DNA from: Phaeosaccion multiseriatum
Taxonomy: Eukaryota; Protista; Ochrophyta, other classes
NCBI GenBank assembly: GCA_965112735.1
Contig: OZ218957.1
Span: 1,798,001-1,862,000 of the forward strand
Length of the DNA: 64,000 bases
Reading direction: 5' to 3'
Each line of letters begins with the position of its first letter. Position 1 is the stretch's first letter. The notes beneath the pieces are model-generated. The model did no database searches, was not told where the DNA came from, and saw nothing but the letters and a program-made list of their open reading frames with translations. The position numbers were made by a program, and so were the translations under genes. Positions 12,703 through 28,448 of the stretch are shown piece by piece.

Positions 12703-13764
12703 ATGGAGGCAGCACCAAACTCTCTGCCTAAGCTCTCCTTTAAGAGCTCGGATCTCTCGTCTATCACCCTGCAGTGGAGTGGGGCAAATCCAGAATGCAG
12801 CTATCGAGTAGAGTATCTCTGTGCAGATGCGGAGCAACCGGTACGCGACACTCAAGCCCCATTTTTCTGCTCCCTGAGGCACCTCCACTTCATCCTCCCT
12901 GCTTCATACACCATCTCAAAGGCCATACACTGAACACGGAGAGCAGGGATAAGATGATCGAATCATGTCTTCCGTGTGCGAAGACTCATTTGTCCCCCGC
13001 CCCGCCCCTTTCCACCAGGACTGGAGTAAGGCAAAGTCCTTGGCGACGAGCAGTGGAAAGGACACTCACGAGATCACCTTGGTAGATCTGGAGGCGTCGA
13101 CATCTTACCTGTGCCGGTAAGCGTTAACACTAGCAAGCTGGCACATGAAGCTGGCGACACACTGCACGTCCGCTCACCACCATGTTCATTCTGCTCAGGC
13201 TGTATGCGGTGCCAGGGGATGGTAGCAAGGAGCTCGGGCCCACAAGAGAAGTGGTGTTCGATACCGAAGGTGAGGAGCAAGACAGGGAGGGAGGGAGGGA
13301 GGGAGGGAGGGAGGGACGTGAGAAGGGTAGGGAAGGGTGGAGCCATGGAGCGACGGAAGAGGAAGGAGGAACGGACGGGGAGGAAGAGCGAATAGGTCAG
13401 CCCCTTTTGTCTCGTCAGGGTCGCATTTTTACCCTCCTCCTCCACCTCCCACGCCTCACCAGACACGTACCCAATACACACACGCACACACGCTCCGCTC
13501 CACCCCTCTCGCCCCCTTCACCCTCACCGACCACGGACCTACATGGGGTATGGTTCTTGCGGCCCACTCTCTCTCTCTCCCTGTCTCTCTCTCTCTCGCC
13601 TCTCTCCTCTCTCCTCTCTCCTCCCCCCTCTCCCTCTCTCTGCCTCCCTCTCCCTCCCCCTCTCCCTCTCTTTGCCTCCCTCTCCCTCTCCCTCTCTCTC
13701 TCATCGCCTTCCTTCAGTCGTCTCCTGCACGCCGGATAAGCGGAGTTGCTGTGTCGTGAGCTAG
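12703..13764 (+). CDS. Small (117 aa) fibronectin type III domain protein with C-terminal CaaX box (CCVVS)
   Basis: Exons 12703-12840, 13019-13116, 13199-13269, 13718-13764 splice in frame (354 nt): ...SSITLQWS...SYRVEY...DWSKA...ITLVDLEASTSYLCRLYAV...VVFDTEVVSCTPDKRSCCVVS*. Confidence 0.8.
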
Positions 13765-15211
13765 GGAAGGAGGGAGAGGGAGGCAGGAGACTGACAGAAC
13801 GCTCTTCTCTCTCTCTCTCCCGATCTCCCGATCTCCCGACTTGTGACTGCTGCCACTGCTGCCGCGGGTGCCGTCTCTCCCTTCCCTCCCCTTCTCCTTG
13901 CTTGGGATGGTCCTTGATGGGCTCTGGGCATGTGGGGTAGACACACCTCATTGGCCCCCTTCATTCATTCACTCACTCACTCGCATGCTCGCCGTGGATG
14001 GTTGCAAAAACACCTTCGCTCTCAGTGAACAAGTGCTTCAAGCAGAGGAAGGGCAGTGGCGGCGGCAGCGGCAGCGGCAGCAGGAGCAGCAGCAGCAAGC
14101 GGCGGTAGGGCGTGCATGAGGGAGGCAAGGAAGGCATGGAGGGAGGGAGGGAGGGAGGGAGGGAGGGAGGCGTGGCGAGACCGTGCCAGATGGGACGGAG
14201 GGTTGTTGCAAGTCATCCCTAGAAGCAGTGATTTAATTGCGCTTTTGAGCGGCTGCCACGAGAGGGAGTGGGCGGGTACCACGTGCGGCGAGGAGTGTGC
14301 TGGCTCAGATGGCAGTCAAAGGCTCGGATGGCAGTCAAGGGCTTAGATGCAGTCAAGTGAGGATAAGTATGGGCCTCAGCCGCGCCATTCCACCAGAGCA
14401 GGGGGGGGGGATGCGACAGCGCATCGAAGCAGCCGAGGACTAGAGACGCAATCACAGCGCTGACTGTGCACACACACGCACATGCGCACGCGCACGCGCA
14501 TGCCCACAGCACAGCGGGAGCGTCCGCGTCAGCGTCAGCATGAGCATCAGCCAGTACTTGAGAAGCGACCATTTGAGTTTCGGCTTTCGAATGGTGCCCC
14601 GGCTGCTACCACTTTGGATAGCGGGGACTAATTTCGCTGGTCGGAGGGAGGAAAGGGCAGGGCAGGCAGGCAGCAGGAATGCAGGCAGCAGGAACGCAGG
14701 CAGGCAGGCAGCAAGGGAATCAGAAGGGAAGCTTACGGTTAGGACCAACTGCCCCTGCTGCGTGCAGATCTACCCCAGCAGCCTAGGGTGTGTCATCACG
14801 AGTAGCGATGATGTTTGTCGGCCGCTAAGGACGATTAGGGAGGTATGGCCTGGCGAGTCAGCAGCAGCGCAGCCTGTGCAGAGTAGGGCAACGGACAGGT
14901 GGAGGGTGGGGGTGCTGACCTACATACTTGGACAGTTAGAGGGCAAGCAGAGGAGCAGAGGCTGGGTTGGTTTTACGGTAGCAGGGTGATCGGCCGCAGA
15001 GGGGGGTGCGGCGGTGGTCGACAGCTGTTGCAGGGCAGAACCACAGCAGCATTACTTTGCGAAGAAGAGCCTCTTTGCCTCCCTTATGCGTGATCTACTC
15101 AAGCTCTGGCACCGTTGAGACGTTACTTTTAGACGACCATAGATGGCACTTAATGGTATATTTTGAGCCGTTCTTTTTGAAAAATAGCCCTCACAGTGTT
15201 AGTAAGAAAAC

Positions 15212-16903
15212 ATGGATATGGGAGGCTTGAGTGAGGATGGGCAGTCTCGTGGGGCACTGCCTGAGCACAGAGCGGCGAGAGCGGCCCTGAGAACTGTGGC
15301 CAGCTTCACCTCGGACACAGCTCTGTGGGGAGTGTGTAGGGAGGTTGACGAGGGCACCTCCCGCACTCTGGTGATCAGCGGCGCCATGCCTGAGTGTGTG
15401 CAGCGTCGCTTCCTGAGTTTGCTCCGGCAACAGAAGGCTGAAGAGAAGAGGTGTTGTTCTGCAGCATCTTCCTTTTCCGAGGGAGCAGGTGCTACTGCTG
15501 CGAGTGAGGCGACAAGATCGGTCCTGGAGGGGGGCCGAAGGTCTGGGGGTATGCGTGCGAAGCAGGAAGAGCAGGTGAAAGAACAGCGCGGTGAATCTGT
15601 ACCAAGGTCATTTCGTGTGGCGGCTGTGCGGCTTGGCTTCAGATACGGAATCTCGCGAGACGAAGGCATGAAATCTGCAGACAAGGCTCTCGTTGCGAAG
15701 GCGCTGGCGCAGTTGCCCGCATCAGTCAAGCGTGTGGTCTTCTCCGAATTTTTCGATGATGCCAATGTAACTCTGCCCAACACCGTGAAAGAAGTGTCCT
15801 TTGGACACGCTTTCAATGGGAGGATCTTGCTTCCTGCCTCGTTGAAGAAGATCAAGTTTGGCAGGGCTTTCAATCAGCACGTGGTCCTTCCTTGTGGTGT
15901 GGAGGAGGTGGTGGTGATGGGGGCTGACTTTAACCTCCCTCTGGTGCTGCCTGCTTCGCTCAAGAAGATACGCTTTGGCACAGAATTCAATCAGCACGTG
16001 GTCCTTCCTGGTGGTGTGGAGGAGGTGCGGGGTTACAACCTCCCTCTGGACCTGCCTGCCTCGCTCAAGAAGATCCACCTTGGCGAGTACTTCAATCAGC
16101 ACGTGGTCCTTCCTTGCGGTGTAGAGGAGGTGGTGATGGGATGGCACTTTAACGTCCCTCTGGACCTCCCTGCCTCGCTCAAGAAGATCCACTTTGGCCG
16201 GAACTTCAATCAGCACGTGGTCCTTCCTTGCGGCGTGGAGGAGGTGGTGATGGGGCTTGACTTTAACCTCCCTCTGGACCTGCCTGCCTCGCTCAAGAAG
16301 ATCAGATTTCATGAGTACTCTCGCTTCAATCAGCACGTGGTCCTTCCTTGCGGCGTGGAGGAGGTGGTGATGGGCGGTTACTTTAACCTCCCTCTGGACC
16401 TGCCTGCCTCGCTCAAGAAGATCCACTTTGGCAAGAAGTTCAATCAGCACGTGGTCCTTCCTTGCGGCGTGGAGGAGGTGGAAATGGGATGGTTCTTTAA
16501 CCTCCCACTGGACCTGCCTGCCTCGCTCAAGAAGATCGATTTTGGGCATCACTTCAATCAGCACGTGGTCCTTCCTTGCGGCGTGGAGGTGGTGGTGATG
16601 GGGGCTGACTTTAACTTCCCTCTGGACCTCCCTTCCTCGCTGAAGTGGATCAGATTTTGTGAGGACTCTCGCTTCAATCAGCACGTGGTCCTTCCTTGCG
16701 GCGTGGAGGAGGTGGTGATGGGGGCTGACTTTAACCTCCCTCTGGACCTCCCTGCTTCCCTGCGGATACTGGAACTGGGTCGACGTTACACATGTCCTTT
16801 GAGGACATTGCCTGCTGGCCTGCTAGAGCTTGTGGTTGGGAGGGACTGCCCGCTGCCTGCAGATCTACCCGAGGAGCTTGAGGTGTTTCATCACGTGGAA
16901 TGA
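15212..16903 (+). CDS. FNIP-repeat (LRR-like) protein, paralog B, 563 aa, intronless, possible degenerate F-box
   Basis: About 20 repeats of 19-21 aa (LPASLKKIxFGxxFNQHVV / LPCGVEEVVMGxxFNLPLD) at ~15713-16880. N-terminal LPEHR...VASF...ALWGVCREV resembles an F-box. Confidence 0.92.
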   Translation: MDMGGLSEDGQSRGALPEHRAARAALRTVASFTSDTALWGVCREVDEGTSRTLVISGAMPECVQRRFLSLLRQQKAEEKRCCSAASSFSEGAGATAASEATRSVLEGGRRSGGMRAKQEEQVKEQRGESVPRSFRVAAVRLGFRYGISRDEGMKSADKALVAKALAQLPASVKRVVFSEFFDDANVTLPNTVKEVSFGHAFNGRILLPASLKKIKFGRAFNQHVVLPCGVEEVVVMGADFNLPLVLPASLKKIRFGTEFNQHVVLPGGVEEVRGYNLPLDLPASLKKIHLGEYFNQHVVLPCGVEEVVMGWHFNVPLDLPASLKKIHFGRNFNQHVVLPCGVEEVVMGLDFNLPLDLPASLKKIRFHEYSRFNQHVVLPCGVEEVVMGGYFNLPLDLPASLKKIHFGKKFNQHVVLPCGVEEVEMGWFFNLPLDLPASLKKIDFGHHFNQHVVLPCGVEVVVMGADFNFPLDLPSSLKWIRFCEDSRFNQHVVLPCGVEEVVMGADFNLPLDLPASLRILELGRRYTCPLRTLPAGLLELVVGRDCPLPADLPEELEVFHHVE

Positions 16904-17436
16904 TGATGCAACTTCGTCACTGAGGAACAATTGGGGCGGTGGGAGGAAGAGCTCGATAGTGGAAGTAGAGGACGACCTCTCTCTCTCTCTCTGGTCGCGA
17001 AGTGGAGGGGAGCTTTGGGGATTGGGATTGGCCAAATCAGGCACTTGCGGCAGTGGTGCCTAGCGAAGTTGAGGGATGTAGTAGCAGTGTGAGCAAGAAG
17101 AGGGAGCAGGAGACGGAGATGGAGCAATGCGTTAAGGCCATCCCAAGATCAGCAGCTGGAGGGGGGGGAGAGAGACAGACAATATCGCTCACGAAGACGA
17201 GCACAAGGAATCTGGTTGAAACGTTTACGCATACACATACACATACACCCGCTAAACTGGCAACTGCTCGCCCCATACATGTGCATGCACGCACACACGC
17301 GCCCCTCCTTCACAATTGCTTCCTTGATACTTTAGTAGGAGCAAAACATCGCGACCGAACGAAGGCGTTGCAAAAGAGAAGAGAGGTTATCAAAGGCTCT
17401 GCTGCTCTCGCCCTGTCCACCCAAGCAGCGCCTGCG

Positions 17437-22301
<4,865 letters not shown>

Positions 22302-22641
22302 CCTTCTCTTCCTCTCCTTTCCCCCTTCTTTCGCGTCTTTCTATTACACCGGCGTCAAGCAGGCAACAGCCTCTAACATATCAATGGGGCCAAGGGCTTA
22401 ACCCTCTCATGCTGGCTTGAATTGTAGTCGAGGGAGATTCGAGGGAAAAAGGCGTGTACGCCAACCCAACTAATAATGGGAGGACCAACTCGTGAACGAA
22501 GCCGTTGTTTTTTTCTTTTTTCTTTTTTTGCTCTTCCCTTCCCTAATACTGCTAATATATAGTCTTCCCTTTCCCTCCTCTCCTCTCCTCTCCTTGGGCT
22601 CTTGTCCACACCTCAGCCTCTCTCAGTAAGCGAAGAAAAGT

Positions 22642-23355
22642 ATGTCGAATGTCCCTAAAGCAGAGCAGTGGAAGCAGCTATGCGAAGCCTGCATGAACCA
22701 ACAAACTGATGTCCTGCGGCGTCTTCTCGTCGTGGAGAAGTTCGACCCAAATGCCAGGGCTGAAGATCCGCTCTCCCCACCCGATGCCACCAACGAGGCA
22801 GCTGGAGACACAGCTGGTCACCAGGCAGCGAGGGACGGACAGGCGCTGTACATGCAGTGGATGCTGCAGGCGGGCCTCGAAGTGGATGGCGTGAACGCGC
22901 GAGGCGAGACCATGGCCCACCTCGCTGGCCGGTGCCGCAGCGCTTCGGGGCTCAAAGCCCTTCTCGACTTCCTCCCGGACTTTGAAAGGAGGACTTCTTG
23001 CGAGTACCCAAAAGGAGGAGGAGGAGGAGGAGGAGGAGGAGGAGGAGGAGGAGGAGGAGGAGGAGGAGGAGGAGAGAGAGAGGGGGGGGGAGGGTGGGGG
23101 GAGGGTTTGCTAAGAAGAAAGGGGGGCAGAAACGTCGAAGAGGAGGTCTTGGCCGGGACGGAAAGCGGCATCATGTGTAAAGGGGGAAGCGTTGAGGAAT
23201 GCCTATCCATCTTGCAGTGGTATCGAGACGTGGGGGTCCCCCAGGCCCGACGTAGGCATAAGGAAGCCGAAGCTGCGCGCATCGCGGCCGGAGAGCGCCT
23301 AAAGAGCGTGCTGTATGGACGCGATGTGGTGTGCGCGCCGTCGCCGGACATCTGA
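22642..23355 (+). CDS. Ankyrin-repeat protein, 237 aa, single exon
   Basis: GDTAGHQAARDG and DGVNARGETMAHLAGR ankyrin motifs; poly-G tract. Confidence 0.75.
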   Translation: MSNVPKAEQWKQLCEACMNQQTDVLRRLLVVEKFDPNARAEDPLSPPDATNEAAGDTAGHQAARDGQALYMQWMLQAGLEVDGVNARGETMAHLAGRCRSASGLKALLDFLPDFERRTSCEYPKGGGGGGGGGGGGGGGGGGGGEREGGGGWGEGLLRRKGGRNVEEEVLAGTESGIMCKGGSVEECLSILQWYRDVGVPQARRRHKEAEAARIAAGERLKSVLYGRDVVCAPSPDI

Positions 23356-23396
23356 GACCAAGAAGTGCTACGATAGTTGTTGTTGTTGCGATACTT

Positions 23397-23507
23397 TCGG
23401 CCCCTGACATGCTTCTGAGACAGGCCAGCCCAGAAGCAGGAAGCAGGCCGGCTGGCGCCGGCCAGAAGCAGGAAGCAGGGTCGCCTCAGAAGCATGTCAG
23501 GGGCCGA
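23397..23507. mobile_element. 111-bp MITE-like element with 23-bp perfect TIRs and 6-bp TSD ATACTT
   Basis: TCGGCCCCTGACATGCTTCTGAG ... CTCAGAAGCATGTCAGGGGCCGA; ATACTT at 23391-23396 and 23508-23513. Confidence 0.75.
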
Positions 23508-23827
23508 ATACTTTTCGAACTCGAGCGCAAGAGTCCAAGGACAGAGGCCCCCGGCCGCGTGTGCGTCTCAGAGGTGAGGAGCGCTTCGATCAGAAACACT
23601 TTGCTGATCAAAGTACTGCGTACAGCGAGGGCGAGACGACTGATGGGCAGCTACTTACACTAGCGCCAGGACGGCCTTCTTGCTAAGCACATGATGAGGC
23701 ATGCAGAAACTTGGATCCTTTGGGACGAGTCTCTCAGAGGGTTTCAGTGACTTCAGAGGCGGCCAGGAGGGCCCGTATCCAGTACTGGTCCAATAATAAT
23801 AAGTGTTATTACTTATAAGACATCGCA

Positions 23828-24137
23828 TTAGAAGTCAGCGAAGAGCGCCGGGTTGCCCGTATAGGGTTGAGTGTGCTGAGGAGGAGGCATCTCCTCCTCC
23901 TCCTCCTCCTCCTCATCCTCCCCATCCTCCTCCCCCTCCTTCTTGTCCTCGTTCTCGTTGGCACCGGGTCGCCAAGGCACCTTCACTTTCTTGGACGTGA
24001 GGTCGTCCCAATCCACCGTCTCGAAGAAGGGGTGCTCCTTGATATCTCTGGTTGGTTGGTTGGTTGGTTGGTTGGTTGACTGGTGGGTTGGTCGGTTGAT
24101 TGCTTGGGAAGGGGGGAGACACGTAGACTGACAGACC

Positions 24138-24187
<50 letters not shown>

Positions 24188-24602
24188 AGAGATGACCGGT
24201 CACTCACTTGACTCGGTTGGCGAGGTTCCCCAAGCGGGCAGCGGGGTCGAACTGCAAGAGCCGGAGCACAAGGTCTCTGCAGTGTGGGCCCCCTGCCTTC
24301 TCGTCAAAGGACTCAGGGAAGGGTACCCCCTTTCGCTTCACACACGCAATGGCGGTAAATAGAGGAGTCATGTCGCCGTCGGCGTCCTTGGGGCATGAAG
24401 AAGGTCGTGGTACCATACACCATATGGGAGTATGATTGATTTCGGTGGGGGAGTAGGTGAGTGGATCAGTGGGTTGAGTAGGGAAGGAAGCAAAAGCAGG
24501 ACACACGTATATATATACACCTACGCACTGCAATCTGTGACATAGTAACCACATCTTACAGCGTATCACCACACCCTACACCCGTATCCAAACATGACCT
24601 TG

Positions 24603-24646
<44 letters not shown>

Positions 24647-27151
24647 ACTTTCAGTTTCAGCGTATATGGTGATTCCTATTAAGTCACTTTACGTTCCACA
24701 TATATCACCCACCTTGTCGGGCATAAACGGGGTATGTGCCATGACAAGTTCAAAGATGAGCACCCCCATGGCCCAGTAGTCAGCCGAGTGGTCGTGTCCC
24801 TTGTTGAAGATGAACTCAGGAGCAAGGTACTCAGGGGTGCCGCACATGGTGTGGCTCTTGGGATGCACCTGCCAGGCATGTTGATGTGAGAGGTGTATGG
24901 GGGAGGGGTGGTAGGTGTATATGAGAGGTATCGGAGAGGTATAGGAGAGCTTTCTGAGAGGTATGTGAGACGTTTCTGCCAGGTATGTGAGAGGTATATG
25001 AGAGGTACCGGAGAGGTATCGGAGAGGCATATGAGAGGTAGGAGAGGTTTCTGAGAGGGGATATGAGAGGCATGATAGAGGCATATCAGACGCAAACTAG
25101 AGGCATATCAGATGCAAACTCGAGGCCTAAGTAGAGGGAGGCTTTTGAGAGGTATAGGAGAGGCTAGACATGAAGGACGCACACACGCACACGCACACAC
25201 ATACGCACACACGCACGCACGCACCTGGACCTCTCCGTCGACCTCCACCACGAAAGGGATCTTCTTAGCGAAGCCCATGTCAATGAGACGGAGGTAGCCC
25301 TCAGAGTCGACTACCAGGTTCTGGGAGGGGAGGGGGATCAGGGGAGGGGAGGGGAGGGGAGGCAGCGAGTGACAGAGAGGACGAGTGAAGGAGAGGGACA
25401 GTGAGAGACAGCCACACACAGAGAGAGAGAGAGAGAGGAAGGGAACGAGCGAGGGAGAGAGAGGAGAGAGAGATGGAGAGGGAGAGGAAGGTAACGTAAG
25501 GAGGGCCGAGGGGATGGGGCAGCATAGGAACACGCTGTGACACACCTCCGGCTTCAGATCCCGATAGGCGATGCCCTTGGTGTGTATGTAGCCGATAGCC
25601 TCGACGACGTTAGCCCCATAGAAGATGGTCTGATTGGAAGGCAAGCCTCCTGTACCGAAGCCACTGTGGCCCTGTGGGAGGGGAGGGAGGAAGGGAGGGA
25701 GGGAGGGAGGGAGGGAGGGAGGGAGGGAGGGAGGGAGGGAGGGAGGGAGGGAGGGAGTGATGAGCGAAGCAACGCGGAGACAAAACAGCCCAACCGCAGA
25801 GGGAGGGGAGGGAGTAAGAGGAGGAGAGGGCCACCCATCCACCCTCCCTCTCATTGACATACTACACCCGCTGACTTAGGACAGCCACGCACCCCACCCC
25901 ATGGCCCCACCTCGTAGATGATGCTCCAGAGCTCTCCCCCACTAAGCGCCTCGGTGAGAAAGTAAATGTAATCCTTCTCTTGGAAAGTGGCGTACAGCTT
26001 GAGGATGAAGGGGTGGTTGAGAATCTCCAACACCGCTTTCTCCTCCTTGACATGCTCCAATTGCCCCCCTTGCAGCACGCCCTGCTTGGACAGCTCCTTG
26101 AGGGCGAATGTCTGCCCTCCCATTCTTCCCCCCTCCTTCTTCTTGACGAGCATCACCTGTCCGAAGCTTCCCTGGCCGAGGAAGCGAATCTGTTCGAAGG
26201 AAGCCTTTCCCACGCCTTCCTCATCACTGCTGCTGCGGAGGCGCGTCACCGTCTCGCTCGTGGACTGCGCGATCATGTGTGAGAGCTGTCTACGGCGGCT
26301 CCCCTTCCTACTACTACTACTCGCTGCAGACGACGACGACACATCCGCACCACCACCATCACCCCCACCGCCGCCACTTGGGTTTCGTCGGCGCCTTGTC
26401 TTTCGTACAAGCCAATCGCCCCGTCCACCTCGGCCTTCTTGGTCATCATCTTTCCCCTCCTCCCTCCCCCCTCCTTCTCCCCCTCCTCCTCCTTCTCCTA
26501 TAGCAGCAGCGGCAGCAGATGGTCCATCCAAGCTCGTCATCAACACACTCTGCAGTCCACCCACAACCTTCTCGAAGGTTGCCACATCAAAGAAGCTCAG
26601 CACCACGTTACCCTTGGCGCGGAGGGTCACGGGACACACACACCCGCCCACTAACTCCTCCTCCTCCTCCTCCTCCTCCTCCTCTCCCTCCTCCTCCTTC
26701 CTCTTCTTCTCCTCTTCGTTCCCCTCCTTCTCCTTCTCCTCCTCCTCCTCCTTTCCCTCCTCCTTCCTCTCTTCCTCCTTTCCCTCCTCCTCCTCTCCTT
26801 CCACCTTCGGTCTTCTCCTCCTCCCACCCTCCTCCCCAGCAGAACAACAGGGGGATCCCGACCCACCCCCACTCTCCCCACTCTCCCCACTGCTGTTCGA
26901 GCGGCCTGAGAACTGCTCCTCTAACTCCTTCAGCGCCATCGATGCCGCTGTAACCGTCTCCCAACCCGGCAGCCCTTGCAACTCCAGCCCGGCCATGGCC
27001 AACAGTACCCCCATTCCCAGGAAGCTCCCCTTGGTGTATAGCACACGCGCCATGCCGCCCTTTGCTCGTTCTCCGTAGTCCCAGTAAGGCTCGCATGCCG
27101 CGAGGTCAATCAGAGCCGACATACCGCCCCCCGCCGGCCCTCCTCCTCCTC

Positions 27152-27183
<32 letters not shown>

Positions 27184-28412
27184 TCTTCTCCTCCTCCTCC
27201 TCCTTCTCGTCCTTCTTCTTCTTCTTCTTCTTCTTCTTCTTCCTCTTCCTCTTCCTCTTCCACTTCTTCTGATGCTGCTGCTGCTCCCTCTTCACCCCCC
27301 CTCAGTTGCTCCTTCTTCGCGGCTTCATCGGCGGTGACGACAAGCGAGCCCTCGCTTCCCTGTAGCTGCAGCCGTCGGTCATCCGCTTGTACATCGCTAC
27401 CGCTGCAACCGCTATCGCCACTTACCCTCAGCGACGTCCGCCCGGAGCTGCTGCGGTCTCCCCCCCCTCCTCCTCCTCCCCCGCTGCTCCTTCTCCTGGT
27501 GCCATTTACTCCGTCCCCATTAGTCAGACAGGGATCGCTAGTGCGGTCAGGAGGAAGGTCGGGGTCTCCCCCCCGACTCGACCTTAATGGAGGCGCACGA
27601 CAGCCACCCGTTGCCTCTGAGTTGTCGGAACAAACGGAAACGAGATGCCGACTTGAGGAGGACTGGAACGAGGAGAGAGTCGACGAGGCGCGCCGGACCA
27701 TGCGCTTGGGGCGCTTGCACATGAGTTGGCGCTCCGTAGCGATACAGCTGTCGACGCTCGGACTCACGTCCTTGTCCTTCTCGGGAGGGGCCTCGGCAAT
27801 AAGCCGTCCTGCCTCCACGAGGTAGCATGTTGAAGTTACATCGCCTCTGTGCAGCACCACTTCGCCGTCTTTAAACGCCCTCACGCGTAGGCAGCCTGTG
27901 ATGCAGCAGCATGTATGGGGGTGATGTTAGGGTGTTGGTGCTTCGTGCCATGGCCCGACAGATGTGTGTGGGGGGCGACGATAACGGCGACGAAGGTTGA
28001 CGATGTGTGTGTGTGGGTGGGTGGATGGATGGGTGGATGGGTGAGTGGGTGGGTGGGTGGGTGGGTGGGCGGGTGGAAGGATGAATGGGTGGGTAGGTGG
28101 GTGGGTGGATGGGTAGGTGGGTAGATGCGTGGATGGGTGGGTGGGTGGGTAGGTGGGTGGGTGGATGGGTGGGTGGGTGGGTGGATGGGTGGGTGGGTGG
28201 GTGGGTGGGTGGGTGGGTGGGTGGGTGGGTGGGTGGGTGGGTGGGTGGATGGGTGGGTGGGTGGATGGGTGGGTAGGTGGGTGGATGGGTAGGTGGATGG
28301 GTGTGTGGCTGGGTGGGTGGATGGGTGGATGGATGGGTGTGTGAGTGGGTATGTGGGTGGGAGGGTGGGAGGGTGTCTGGCTTGTACACGTGGCAAGAGA
28401 CGACAGCACATG

Positions 28413-28448
<36 letters not shown>

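Noticed and set aside
13765-15200. Short ORFs between the FN3 gene and FNIP B
   Set aside because: Low complexity, no recognisable domain or consistent exon chain.
15713-16880. FNIP array as a CRISPR array or DGR target
   Set aside because: Variable segments are in-frame codons of 6-12 nt, not spacers. No cas genes, no intact RT or template repeat, and no evident adenine-only mutation pattern.
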